Origin: Macrostomum lignano
Lineage: Eukaryota
DNA length: 64,000 nucleotides
Assembly: GCA_002269645.1 (NCBI GenBank)
Contig: NIVC01000760.1
Span: 1 to 64,000, forward strand
Reading direction: 5' to 3'
Position 1 is the stretch's first letter. Each line of letters begins with the position of its first letter. A program made the position numbers and the translations under genes. Of this stretch, positions 10,742 through 25,372 are shown in pieces. The notes under the pieces were generated by a model. The model was not told where the DNA came from. It did not search any database and was given only the letters and a program-made list of their open reading frames with translations.

Positions 10742-13700
10742 CTTCATTCACGCTATTCCCTGTGTTTCACAGTGTCACTGATTTACACTATCCCCCTGTG
10801 TTTCACAGTGTCACTGACTCACACTATCCCCCTGTGTTTCACAGTGTCACTGATTCACACTATCCCCCTGTGTTTCACAGTGTCACTGATTCACGCTATT
10901 TCCTGTGTTTCACAGTGTCACTGATTCACACTATCCCCCTGTGTTTCACAGTGTCACTGACTCACACTATCCCCCTGTGTTTCACAGTGTCACTGATTCA
11001 CACTATCCCCCTGTGTTTCACAGTGTCACTGACTCACACTATCCCCCTGTGTTTCACAGTGTCACTGATTCACACTATCCCCCTGTGTTTCAAAGTGTCA
11101 CTGATTTAAACTATCCCCCTGTGTTTCACAGTGTCACTGATTCACACTATCCCCCTGTGTTTCACAGTGTCACTGATTCACACTATCCCCCTGTGTTTCA
11201 CAGTGTCACTGATTCACACTATCCCCCTGTGTTTCACAGTGTCACTGATTCACACTATCCCCCTGTGTTTCACAGTGTCACTGATTCACACTATCCCCTG
11301 TGTTTCACAGTGTCACTGATTCACACTATCCCCCTGTGTTTCACAGTGTCACTGACTCACACTATCCCCCTGTGTTTCACAGTGTCACTGATTCACACTA
11401 TCCCCCTGTGTTTCACAGTGTCACTGATTCACACTATCCCCCTGTGTTTCACAGTGTCACTGATTCACACTATCCCCCTGTGTTTCACAGTGTCACTGAT
11501 TCACACTATCCCCCTGTGTTTCACAGTGTCACTGATTTAAACTATCCCCCTGTGTTTCACAGTGTCACTGACTCACACTATCCCCCTGTGTTTCACAGTG
11601 TCACTGACTCACACTATCCCCCTGTGTTTCACAGTGTCACTGATTCACACTATCCCCCTGTGTTTCACAGTGTCACTGATTCACACTATCCCCCTGTGTT
11701 TCACAGTGTCACTGATTCACACTATCCCCCTGTGTTTCACAGTGTCACTGATTCACACTATCCCCCTGTGTTTCACAGTGTCACTGATTCACACTATCCC
11801 CCTGTGTTTCACAGTGTCACTGACTCACACTATCCCCCTGTGTTTCACAGTGTCACTGACTCACACTATCCCCCTGTGTTTCACAGTGTCACTGATTCAC
11901 ACTATCCCCCTGTGTTTCACAGTGTCACTGATTCACACTATCCCCCTGTGTTTCACAGTGTCACTGATTCACACTATCCCCCTGTGTTTCACAGTGTCAC
12001 TGATTCACACTATCCCCCTGTGTTTCACAGTGTCACTGATTCACACTATCCCCCTGTGTTTCACAGTGTCACTGACTCACACTATCCCCCTGTGTTTTAC
12101 AGTGTCACTGACTCACACTATCCCCCTGTGTTTCACAGTGTCACTGATTCACACTATCCCCCTGTGTTTCACAGTGTCACTGATTCACACTATCCCCCTG
12201 TGTTTCACAGTGTCACTGATTCACACTATCCCCCTGTGTTTCACAGTGTCACTGATTCACACTATCCCCCTGTGTTTCACAGTGTCACTGATTCACACTA
12301 TCCCCCTGTGTTTCACAGTGTCACTGATTTAAACTATCCCCCTGTGTTTCACAGTGTCACTGACTCACACTATCCCCCTGTGTTTCACAGTGTCACTGAT
12401 TCACACTATCCCCCTGTGTTTCACAGTGTCACTGATTCACACTATCCCCCTGTGTTTCACAGTGTCACTGATTCACGCTATTCCCTGTGTTTCACAGTGT
12501 CACTGATTCACACTATCCCCCTGTGTTTCACAGTGTCACTGATTCACACTATCCCCTGTGTTTCACAGTGTCACTGATTCACGCTATTCCCTGTGTTTCA
12601 CAGTGTCACTGATTCACACTATCTCCGTGTGTTTCACAGTGTCACTGATTCACACTATCTCCCTGTGTTTCACAGTGTCACTGATTCACGCTATTCCCTG
12701 TGTTTCACAGTGTCACTGATTCACACTATCTCCGTGTGTTTCACAGTGTCACTGATTCACACTATCTCCCTGTGTTTCACAGTGTCACTGATTCACACTA
12801 TCCCCCTGTGTTTCACAGTGTCACTGATTCACACTATCCCCCTGTGTTTCACAGTGTCACTGATTCACACTATCCCCCTGTGTTTCACAGTGTCACTGAT
12901 TTAAACTATCCCCCTGTGTTTCACAGTGTCACTGACTCACACTATCCCCCTGTGTTTCACAGTGTCACTGATTCACACTATCCCCCTGTGTTTCACAGTG
13001 TCACTGATTCACACTATCCCCCTGTGTTTCACAGTGTCACTGATTCACACTATCCCCCTGTGTTTCACAGTGTCACTGATTCACACTATCCCCCTGTGTT
13101 TCACAGTGTCACTGATTTAAACTATCCCCCTGTGTTTCACAGTGTCACTGACTCACACTATCCCCCTGTGTTTCACAGTGTCACTGACTCACACTATCCC
13201 CTGTGTTTCACAGTGTCACTGATTCACACTATCCCCTGTGTTTCACAGTGTCACTGATTCACACTATCCCCCTGTGTTTCACAGTGTCACTGATTTAAAC
13301 TATCCCCCTGTGTTTCACAGTGTCACTGACTCACACTATCCCCTGTGTTTCACAGTGTCACTGATTCACACTATCCCCCTGTGTTTCACAGTGTCACTGA
13401 TTCACACTATCCCCCTGTGTTTCACAGTGTCACTGATTCACGCTATTCCCTGTGTTTCACAGTGTCACTGATTCACACTATCCCCCTGTGTTTCACAGTG
13501 TCACTGATTCACACTATCCCCCTGTGTTTCACAGTGTCACTGATTCACGCTATTCCCTGTGTTTCACAGTGTCACTGATTCACACTATCTCCGTGTGTTT
13601 CACAGTGTCACTGATTCACACTATCTCCCTGTGTTTCACAGTGTCACTGATTCACGCTATTCCCTGTGTTTCACAGTGTCACTGATTCACACTATCTCCG

Positions 13701-14848
13701 TGTGTTTCACAGTGTCACTGATTCACACTATCTCCCTGTGTTTCACAGTGTCACTGATTCACACTATCCCCCTGTGTTTCACAGTGTCACTGATTCACAC
13801 TATCCCCCTGTGTTTCACAGTGTCACTGATTCACACTATCCCCCTGTGTTTCACAGTGTCACTGATTTAAACTATCCCCCTGTGTTTCACAGTGTCACTG
13901 ACTCACACTATCCCCCTGTGTTTCACAGTGTCACTGATTCACACTATCCCCCTGTGTTTCACAGTGTCACTGATTCACACTATCCCCCTGTGTTTCACAG
14001 TGTCACTGATTCACACTATCCCCCTGTGTTTCACAGTGTCACTGATTCACACTATCCCCCTGTGTTTCACAGTGTCACTGATTTAAACTATCCCCCTGTG
14101 TTTCACAGTGTCACTGACTCACACTATCCCCCTGTGTTTCACAGTGTCACTGACTCACACTATCCCCCTGTGTTTCACAGTGTCACTGATTCACACTATC
14201 CCCCTGTGTTTCACAGTGTCACTGATTCACACTATCCCCCTGTGTTTCACAGTGTCACTGATTCACACTATCCCCCTGTGTTTCACAGTGTCACTGATTC
14301 ACACTATCCCCCTGTGTTTCACAGTGTCACTGATTCACGCTATTCCCTGTGTTTCACAGTGTCACTGATTTAAACTATCCCCCTGTGTTTCACAGTGTCA
14401 CTGACTCACACTATCCCCCTGTGTTTCACAGTGTCACTGACTCACACTATCCCCTGTGTTTCACAGTGTCACTGATTCACACTATCCCCTGTGTTTCACA
14501 GTGTCACTGATTCACACTATCCCCCTGTGTTTCACAGTGTCACTGATTCACACTATCCCCCTGTGTTTCACAGTGTCACTGATTCACACTATCCCCCTGT
14601 GTTTCACAGTGTCACTGATTCACACTATCCCCTGTGTTTCACAGTGTCACTGATTCACACTATCCCCCTGTGTTTCACAGTGTCACTGATTCACACTATC
14701 CCCCTGTGTTTCACAGTGTCACTGATTCACACTATCCCCCTGTGTTTCACAGTGTCACTGATTCACACTATCCCCCTGTGTTTCACAGTGTCACTGATTC
14801 ACACTATCCCCCTGTGTTTCACAGTGTCACTGATTCACACTATCCCCC
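10742..14848. repeat. 36-bp satellite (CACTATCCCCCTGTGTTTCACAGTGTCACTGATTCA), about 114 copies
   Basis: Highly homogeneous head-to-tail array with no spacers. Confidence 0.98.
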
Positions 14849-15599
14849 ATTCACACATTTACACCATTTCCATAATAAAACGTTCACGTCATTCATACTC
14901 AGGCGCGTTCACTATTCACAATAATTTTCTTGTTCACGGTATTTCCACTCAAATAGATCACTATTTTATGGGTTCCCATTAGTTCTCCTCATTAACTAAT
15001 TTTACCTGCACTAATGCTATAGTATTTATTTACAAAGGGGGCATAAATGGTTTACAATGATTAAAAGTGGCAAGCCATGAGGTCTTCATCAATAATTCTA
15101 TATTCGACTTGACCGTTTTATCCAGAACTTCTATAATAATTCATAACTACAATAAAGCTTCAAGATAAGAGCCTAAAAATACACAGACTGCCTTTAATCT
15201 GATCTGAGAGATGTACAAGGGGAGAAAGTGAATTAAGAGGGGAAAAGTTTGGAAGATAGGAAAATGAAGTAATGACCTCTCTTCAGAGGGTTAAAAACAA
15301 CCTTTCCAAAAGGGCGAATGACTGCCATAGTTGTCTTTTATGCCTTATATGCCTTTGAACACACCTGTTGGTGCAGCGGCTGCTATGCATTCTTTGTTTT
15401 TCTAATTACCTTTCGAATATGACCTGTTTAGTCTCTTACAGATGGTTGAAGGTTGTTATCATAGTTAGTTTGCATATTTTATAAGCTTTTATGACTTGCT
15501 TGGCTGGCCTCTCTCGAAAAAAAATTATGGCTGAAGAGAAAGCATTCGTTTATGGAATTAACACTCAATTAGGGAGGATTCACTGAAACTCTATGAGAT

Positions 15600-16385
15600 T
15601 AAGATAATGAGATTGACTAAAGAGACTGTGAGATTGATTGGATAGATAGTGAGATTGATCGCATATGGGTGTGAGATGATTGGGATACAGTGAGGTTAAT
15701 CAGAGAGACTGTGAGATTGATAGGAGAGACTGTGAGATTGATTGGATTAACTGTGAGATTGATTGGGAGAGTGTGACATTGGTTGAGAGACTGTGAGATT
15801 GATCGTAGAGACTGTGGGATTGATCGTAGAGACTCTGAGATTGATTGGAGAGACTGTGAGATTGATTGGATAGACTGTGAGCTTAATCGGAGAGACTGTG
15901 AGATTGATCGGATAGACTGTGAGATTGATTGGATTAACTGTGAGATTGATTGGGAGACTATGAGATTGATTGAGAGACTGTGAGATTGATCGGATAGACT
16001 GTGAGATTGATCGGATAGACTGTGAGATTGATTGGATAGACTGTGAGATTGAGCAGAGAGACTGTGAGATTGAGCAGAGAGACTGTGAGATTGAGCAGAG
16101 AGACTGTGAGATTGATCGGAGAGACTGTGAGATTGATTGAGAGACTGTGAGATTGATTGGAGAGACTGTGAGATTGATTGGAGAGACTGTGAGATTGATC
16201 GGAGAGACTGTGAGATTGATTGGAAAGACTGTGAGATTGATTGGATTAACTGTGAGATTGATTGGGAGACTTTGAGATTGATTGGAGAGACTGTGAGATT
16301 GATTGGAGAGACTGTGAGATTGATTGGAGAGACTGTGAGATTGATCGGAGAGTCTGTGAGATTGATTGGATAGACGGTGAGATGG
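15600..16385. repeat. 21-bp minisatellite (GAGACTGTGAGATTGATTGGA)
   Basis: About 37 copies. Confidence 0.95.
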
Positions 16386-16799
16386 TGAAACAGGTGCTCA
16401 TTGTAAGATAGTGAAGAGCAAATCGCAAATTACGCTCGTAAAAGTAAATCGCAATCTATTCACAGTTAATTGCGCCATTTTTGTAGCGTCTTAGTAGCAA
16501 AAAATTGAATGGAAATTTCGCAACAAGTTTTTTTCGATCAATTAATAGAATGTAGCAGTCAATTTTAATTTCAAGAAAAGCCGACAATTTTAATTGACTG
16601 TATCTCGAATATTTTCTAACCGATTTCTTCAGTGAAAGAAATTTGATTTCCCTAATTGCGCTGCATCACCTGTTAAAACAGATTAAATGAATTTGAAAAT
16701 TGTGAAGAAATTTATTAGTTGCAAAGCCCTAATTAAGTTTATTATGGTCTTTACTTGAGGTTTGGATGCTGAGATCTGTGCTTTGATGCAAGATAAGGA

Positions 16800-17505
16800 A
16801 AAGAGACAACCAGGGACAAGAGATAAGAGACAACCAGAGACAACCAGAGACAACCAGAGACAACCAGAGACAACCAGAGACAACCAGAGACAACCAGAGA
16901 CAACCAGAGACAACAAGAGGCAACCAGAGACAACCAGAGACAACCAGAGACAACCAGAGACAACAAGAGGCAACCAGAGACAATCAGTCACAACTTGAGA
17001 CAATCAGTCACAACTTGAGACAACCAGAGGCAACCAGAGACAACCAGAGACTACAAGAGGCAACCAGAGACAACAAGAGGCAACCAGAGACAATCAGTCA
17101 CAACTTGAGACAATCAGTCACAACTTGAGACAACCAGAGACAACCAGAGACAACCAGAGACTACAAGAGGCAACCAGAGACAACCAGAGACTACAAGAGG
17201 CAACCAGAGACAACCAGTGACAACTTGAGACAATCAGAGTTAAGAGACAACCAGAGACAACCAGAGACAACCAGAGACAACCAGAGACAACCAGAGACAA
17301 CCAGAGACAACCAGAGGCAACCAGAGACAACCAGAGACAACCAGAGACAACCAGAGACAACCAGAAGCAACAAGAACAAGAGACAACCAGAGACAACCAG
17401 AGACAACCAGAGACAACCAGAGACAACCAGAGACAACCAGAGACAACCAGAGACAACCAGAGACAACCAGAAGCAACAAGAACAAGAGACAACCAGAGAC
17501 AAGAG
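16800..17505. repeat. 10-bp repeat (AGACAACCAG)n with variants
   Basis: Direct inspection. Confidence 0.95.
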
Positions 17506-18138
17506 GCCACCAAAAATGGACTGCACAATCGAGCAGAACGCGGACTTATCAGGTGAACTACCAGAAGAAGGCTGCATCATACACAGAGGCATCGCTAAAT
17601 ACGGCCATAAGAGAGAAGTTCGAACTTACTGACCAAACAAAAAGAATGAAAAATGAACCAGAATTGATAAAAGTAGACATAATGGTTGGAGCAGCCACGC
17701 CGCTACGAACTCGAGAGAAAAGTTGCCGTCATTTTACATTGCCTGTTTGGCGCCAGACACCTGGAGTGCGCCCACTTCCCGACTTCGAGTGCCGCCCCCC
17801 CCCCCCGGTCGTTGCGCTGTCGAATTTTCGCTAAAAAAGGCTTGGAAGATTCGAAGTAACGGGACTTGGGAGGGGAAGAGAAAGAGACGCAACGAGGCGG
17901 GCGAAACAGTTTGGCCCCATCATTTATCGCGCATGCAGGTTCAAGGTCGAATTATCTCTCTTGGGAAGCTGCGGCGGCAAACAATTTTTGGCGCATTTTT
18001 CTGCATTTTTGCCTTTGTTTTTCTTCTGCTTTCGATATTTGGGGTGTTCAAGCGAAAACCACTGGATCTTTCAGGCAGAAATTAATTGAATCTATTCTAT
18101 AGATCCTCCCTCTATGGATATTCTATAGATATGGATCT

Positions 18139-18864
<726 letters not shown>

Positions 18865-20097
18865 TGCATGCTGCAGCTCCTCATACTGCCAAGGAATCAA
18901 ATGCTTGATGCCATGCTTAAAAACCGTCAAGAACAGCTTTTCGACGGCAGGCAGCTTTCCAAACCAGGCATCTTGGTGCGGTGTGGGGGTGGCCTTCCAT
19001 CTCCCGACCAGGGGGGGGGGCTTGTCTTATTCCCCTCTCCATCAAGATACCAAACTGCGGTGGGCTGCATCCACGCAGACGAGGGATATCAGCATGTGTG
19101 CCTGCGTACGGATATGTTTGTGTGCGCATCACCCAGCGTTCCATTTCTCTCCTCTCCTCCCTCCCTGTTTTGCATTCTCGCAGCGCGTTGGACCGATCCA
19201 GTTTTATCCCAAAAATCGCCAATGCCCGTGCTTGAATAAATTGCAATTCTATCTCGGGGGCGGCGGCTTAGGCAGCCTCTGTCCCTCTCCAGCTTCCCCT
19301 CCCCATCATCAGCATCATCTGAGAAGTTGCCGCTCGACTTTGACTTGCCTAGCCTATATAGCCTGGCGTTGGTTATTTTTTTATTGTAAATTCGACAAGC
19401 CAAAGGCGGAGATGATCGCGGGACAGGAGGGGAGGCCCTGGGATAAGAGGAGCCTGAGATGCTCGATGGATAGAACGAGAGCGGGCTGGGATTAGGGATC
19501 TAGATGCGTGTGATGGGGTGTCCGAGAGGAGCCTGCATCAGACTCCCATCTCCCTCTCACTCTCGCTCGCATCGCTCTCAGCAGCTCCTTGGGGCCATTA
19601 CGGGATGAGGGCAGTTGAGTTCTGCACCGACTACGCTGTGGCGGCAGCACAGCGGTGGCCACTTTTATCCCAGCGGCCGACCCACGAGGCCCCCGGGGCC
19701 ACTTTGCTGCTTCCAGCGTCCTCCTGCCCCATCTCCACTCCCCTTAATTCTAGCTCAGCCTCCGTGGCTCTCTCCCTCCCTCTATCAGCTCTTCTCTTCT
19801 CTAGGGTGCTCATTTATTTAACGTCAAAATTGCCTTTACTCTCCCACCATCCCATCTCTCAGGGCTCATCTCATAGCGCTCAGTTCTTTTGAGGCTACTC
19901 CTCCTCCTCCATCTCTCTCCATCGCTGCGGACTTCTCACTTTTTGGACTCAACTCTTTTTCTAACGTGGGTGGTTTCAGTGCCTATCAGTTCGACTCGGC
20001 TGACTTTGTTATAGTTTGTCCTACCGTATGCATGCAGTTTGCGGGGAGACCGCCGACTAGAGCTGGGTCTGGATTCATGCACTCGGCGGGGATCGGC

Positions 20098-20705
20098 TGG
20101 GCGCGCCAAACATGGAATTCGGGGGCGCCAAACTGGGAATTCGGGGGGCGCCAAACTGTGAATTGAGGGGGCGCCAAACTGTGAATTGAGAAGGCGCCAA
20201 ACTTCGAATTAAGGGGGCGCCAAACTGTGTATTGAGGGGGCGCCAAACTGTGAATTGAGGGGGCGCCAAACTGGGGATTGAGGGGGCGCCAAACTGTGAA
20301 TTGAGGGGGCGCCAAACTGGGAATTGAGGGGGCGCCAAACTGGGAATTGAGGGGGCGCCAAACTTCGAATTGAGGGGGCGCCAAACTTCGAATTGAGGGG
20401 GCGCTAAACTGAGAATTGAGAGGGCGCTAAACTGGGAATCGGGAGGCGCCAAACTTCGAATTGAGGGGGCGCTAAACTGGGAATCTGGAGGCGCCAAACT
20501 TCGAATTGAGGGGGCGCTAAACTGGGAATCGGGAGGCGCCAAACTGGGAACTGAGGGGGCGCCAAACTTCGAATTGAGGGGGCGCCAAACTGGGAATCGG
20601 GTGAGGGCGCCAAACTGGGAATTGTGGGGGCGCCAAACTTCAAATTGAGGGGGCGCCAAACTTCGAATTGAGGGGGCGCCAAACTGGGAATTGGGTGGGG
20701 GCGCT
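20098..20705. repeat. 23-bp minisatellite (GGGGGCGCCAAACTGTGAATTGA)
   Basis: About 26 copies. Confidence 0.95.
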
Positions 20706-20744
20706 TATTTAAGCAACTCAACTCAAGCTTAGTATATAAGTAAC

Positions 20745-20978
20745 TCTGAGTAACTCAGGCGCCAATTCTGAGTAACTCAGGCGCCAATTCTGAGTAACTC
20801 AGGCGCCAATTCTGAGTAACTCAGGCGCCAATTCTGAGTAACTCAGTCGCCAATTCTGAGTAACTCAGGCGCCAATTCTGAGTAACTCAGTCGCCAATTC
20901 TGAGTAACTCAGGCGCCAATTCTGAGTAACTCAGGCGCCAATTCTGAGTAACTCAGGCGCCAATTCTGAGTAACTGAG
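20745..20978. repeat. 22-bp minisatellite (GCGCCAATTCTGAGTAACTCAG) with an internal CTGAG-TAA-CTCAG inverted repeat
   Basis: About 10 copies. Confidence 0.95.
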
Positions 20979-22044
20979 TCTTCAGCAGCTCAAACTGCAT
21001 TGAAATTCTCCCAAAACTACTCCTAATCCAGCAGCAAAAAAGTACTTCCACTTGGGCGCTTGAAGCGTCACTTTTTCTATTGGATTGCCACTTGAAATTT
21101 TTTAATTAACGTGCTTAACACTTATGGCGATCCCACTCAATATTATAATAGCGCTGATCTTTTCTTAACATGGATCCTTGACAAAAGAATTGGGCTCATT
21201 ATGAGCTCACGCGCGCACAGTGTTGTCAATGGAGGGAGGCTAGGGAGAGAGAGAGAGGGGAGGCTGGATGGATGGGGATTGTTCGCACCCCACCCCCGGT
21301 GCGTCTCCAAGCGGACTAAAAAAGAAGATTCAAAATAAGGGGGGCGCAACTCTATACCAAGGAGACCCCAGACTAAGAAACTGGATTTACAACTACATGT
21401 TATTACTCCATCTGTAGGCTGGTGCAGGCTCACCGCAGAGCATCCCACCCATTCCACTGACTTCCGAGCACATGCATGTACAAGCGCAACAATACTGTAC
21501 ATGTACTGCGGCTCTGACTTTCTAATCATTTCTCTGTGACTTGGAGGCTGGCTAAGTAACTCACGGGTGTGAATCACACACGTCAAACAATCAGAAATAA
21601 TACAATCAGCCTACAATGGCGTCTGTTAGTTAGGCGGTTTCGCTGTTAGAGTCCAGCATCTGGGTGTCCGGGTTGTTATTAAATGCTTACGATTTATTTT
21701 AAGCGGTACTCAAAAGCATTCATTTAAGACGCCGATAGTTTATGGCTCAGGCAGTTAATGTACCCGCGAAGGCTTTAAAAAAACCATTTTAAAAGCAACG
21801 ACCATCTTTGTGGCGGAGCGGTCGGGTTATAATTATGAAGTTATGTGAATTGTAGGTGTTCTCACAGCAAACTATTAAAGTCTGTTTCTTAACTGCCCGC
21901 ATTGTTATTTTTGTCTTAATGGTTGAAATATTGAGACATTCCTTTAGGTTAAAGTTTATTCATTTTTTATTGCCGCGTATTGCGATTCAAAAAAGTTTTT
22001 TTTAGTTTAAGCCATTTCCAAGTTATTGAATTATGAAAAACTTA

Positions 22045-22655
22045 AGTTGTTGCTAAGTGGATTAAGAGTTGTTGCTAAGTGGATTGAGAGTTGTTGCTAA
22101 GTGGATTGGGAGTTGTTGTTGCTAAGTGGATTGAGAGTTGTTGCTAAGTGGATTGAGAGTTGTTGCTAAGTAGATTGAGAGTTGTTGCTAAGTGGATTGA
22201 GAGTTGTTGCTAAGTGGATTGGGAGTTGTTGCTAAGTAGATTGAGAGTTTTTGCTTAGTGGATTGGGAGTTGTTGTTGCTAAGTGGATTGGGAGTTGTTG
22301 CTAAGTGGATTGAGAGTTGTTGCTAAGTAGATTGAGAGTTGTTGCTTTTGAGTTGTTGTTGCTTAGTGGATTGGGAGTTGTTGTTGCTAAGTGGATTGGG
22401 AGTTGTTGCTAAGTGGATTGGGAGTTGTTGCTTAGTGGATTGGGAGTTGTTGTTGCTAAGTGGATTGGGAGTTGTTGTTGCTTAGTGGATTGGGAGTTGT
22501 TGTTGATAAGTGGATTGAGAGTTGTTGTTGATAAGTGGATTGGGAGTTGTTGTTGCTTAGTGGATTGGGAGTTGTTGTTGCTAAGTGGATTGGGAGTTGT
22601 TGTTGCTTAGTGGATTGGGAGTTGTTGTTGCTAAGTGGATTGGGAGTTGTTGCTA
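22045..22655. repeat. 22/25-bp minisatellite (GTTGTTGCTAAGTGGATTGRGA)
   Basis: About 26 copies. Confidence 0.95.
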
Positions 22656-23124
22656 AAGAATTTTTAAAGATAATCTTACCCAAAAGTGAATGAAATTGCT
22701 CTAAAAGTTCTCTGCCTTTGTGTATCATTAACAGGTAAGCAAGTTCCCATTTGTGCCGTAGTAAATTAATAAAGAAATTCGAGTAATTCTAGTGTCGAAA
22801 TAGCAGCATAAATTTGTCCAATCGATTTACACTAAACAATGTTTCTCTAAGTCGTTTGTGAAAGTCTAACTAACTGACTTTAAAGGTTATTGAACACTTA
22901 CCAAGTCAGATAATGTTTAATAAGTAAGTTAAGTCGGGACAGATACTCTGGATTAAGTTGACAACAGCAGGTAGCACTTTGCCGGATCGATCGCTCGACC
23001 ATTTAATTGTTAATTTTTTCGAGCCTGTGGTCTGCTCGGCTGAAATATCAACGTGGGTTGATTTTATTTGTATGATGCATTGCTGCTTAGGCTGTTATGA
23101 TTGATAGTTTTTTGGGGTCAGTGT

Positions 23125-23715
23125 GTGCGGCTTTTTTACCGCCTAATGTACATGGGTGTGAGAGAGGCGTGCGTGGCTTTTATACCGACTAATGTACATG
23201 GGTGTGAGAGAGGCGTGCGTGGCTTTTATTACCGCCTATGTACATGGGTGTGAGAGAGGCGTGCGTGGCTTTTATTACCGCCTATGTACATGGGTGTGAG
23301 AGAGGCGTGCGTGGCTTTTATTACCGCCTATGTACATGGGTGTGAGAGAGGCGTGCGTGGCTTTTATTACCGCCTATGTACATGGGTGGGAGAGAGGCGT
23401 GCGTGGCTTTTATTACCGCCTATGTACATGGGTGTGAGAGAGGCGTGCGTGGCTTTTATTACCGACTAATGTACATGGGTGTGAGAGAGGCGTGCATGGC
23501 TTTTATTACCGCCTAATATACATGGGTGTGAAGGATGCGTGCGTGGCTTTTATTACCGACTAATGTACATGGGTGTGAGAGAGGCGTGCGTGGCTTTTAT
23601 TACCGACTAATGTACATGGGTGTGAGAGAGGCGTGCGTGGCTTTTATTACCGACTAATGTACATGGGTGTGAGAGAGGCGTGCGTGGCTTTTATTACTGC
23701 CTAATGTACATGGGT
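23125..23715. repeat. 46/47-bp minisatellite (GTACATGGGTGTGAGAGAGGCGTGCGTGGCTTTTATTACCGCCTAT)
   Basis: About 12 copies. Confidence 0.95.
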
Positions 23716-24384
23716 CAGAGAAGGTTATCAATGCCCCGCGGAGTGTGCTGAATGCCATGCTACTCGCACAGAGTGCAAACAAGCCATCTAGATCGGGCAT
23801 GAATTTTTACTTTATCTTATTTCTCAGGAAAACAAGCAAGCAGCAAGCCAGTCAGGTCAGTTCTCAGCCACAAATTCTTTTCCTCACTCATCTGGCTGCG
23901 TCTCTATTCCCTCCTCTCTCTCTCATCTCTCTCATCTCTCCCAGTCGCCCGACCCCTCCCATTTTGCTTCATCCGGCCTGGCGACTCATCAAGTTCGGAC
24001 GACTCAACCAACGTGTTTTGATGGAATTAGGCGGCCTAGGTCTCCGGGCCTCGTTAGAAGGGAAGAAAAGGAAGAAGCAGACGCGAGAGCCAAGCCGAAA
24101 CTTCGCTGGCTCCCTGCCGAACTGTCCACCCCTCCGAGCCTTGCGCGCCCAAATGCGACTTTGGCGGCGGCAGCTACGCGCCTCTGTCTTCTTCTTTTTC
24201 TCTCCTCTACGGCCTGAAAACTCTTCTGCTCCTCTCTGTGAGGCCTGTGCCGACAGGCCCCATTACACCATTCATCCTTGTACGAGGGAAAATGACACAC
24301 ATTCCTCAATGCCATGGCTTTGTGGGGGCCTGTAAAGGGGCCTGCTGTCCACTTTTCTGGTTGGGACCATGGGATCCTAGGCTG

Positions 24385-25372
24385 ATTCACTCACTCACTC
24401 ACTCACTTGTTCACTCACTCACTCAGTCATCTGTTCACTCACCAACTTTCTCTCTTGTTGAATCACTCAATCATCTGTTCACTCACCAACTTTCTCACTT
24501 GTTGAATCACTCAATCATCTGTTCACTCACCAACTTTCTCACTTGTTGAATCACTCAGTCATTTGTTCACTCACCAACTTTCTTACTTGTTGAATCACTC
24601 AATCATCTGTTCACTCACCAACTTTCTCACTTGTTGAATCACTCAATCATCTGTTCACTCACCAACTTTCTTACTTGTTGAATCACTCAATCATCTGTTC
24701 ACTCACCAACTTTCTTACTTGTTGAATCACTCAGTCATCTGTTCACTCACCAACTTTCTTACTTGTTGAATCACTCAATCATCTGTTCACTCACCAACTT
24801 TCTCACTTGTTGAATCACTCAATCATCTGTTCACTCACCAACTTTCTCTCTTGTTGAATCACTCAATCATCTGTTCACTCACCAACTTTCTCTCTTGTTG
24901 AATCACTCAGTCATCTGTTCACTCACCAACTTTCTCTCTTGTTGAATCACTCAGTCATCTGTTCACTCACCAACTTTCTCTCTTGTTGAATCACTCAATC
25001 ATCTGTTCACTCACCAACTTTCTCTCTTGTTGAATCACTCAATCATCTGTTCACTCACCAACTTTCTCTCTTGTTGAATCACTCAGTCATCTGTTCACTC
25101 ACCAACTTTCTCACTTGTTGAATCACTCAGTCATCTGTTCACTCACCAACTTTCTCACTTGTTGAATCACTCAATCATCTGTTCACTCACCAACTTTCTC
25201 ACTTGTTGAATCACTCAGTCATCTGTTCACTCACCAACTTTCTCACTTGTTGAATCACTCAGTCATCTGTTCACTCACCAACTTTCTCACTTGTTGAATC
25301 ACTCAGTCATCTGTTCACTCACCAACTTTCTCTCTCACTCACTTGCTCATTCACACACTCACTCACTCACTC
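24385..25372. repeat. 44-bp minisatellite (TTGTTGAATCACTCAATCATCTGTTCACTCACCAACTTTCTCAC) with (CACT)n edges
   Basis: About 21 copies. Confidence 0.96.

Noticed and set aside
11300-14373. FHSVTDSHYPPV repeat proteins (up to 425 aa)
   Set aside because: The 36-bp unit is a multiple of 3 and lacks stops in some frames; no splice or unique context.
10742-14848. CRISPR array (36-bp palindromic repeat)
   Set aside because: Units are head-to-tail with no unique spacers, no cas genes are present, and the context is eukaryotic.
10742-14848. V(D)J RSS or Transib ends (CACAGTG in every unit)
   Set aside because: No ACAAAAACC-like nonamer at 12- or 23-nt spacing and no transposase; a chance heptamer.
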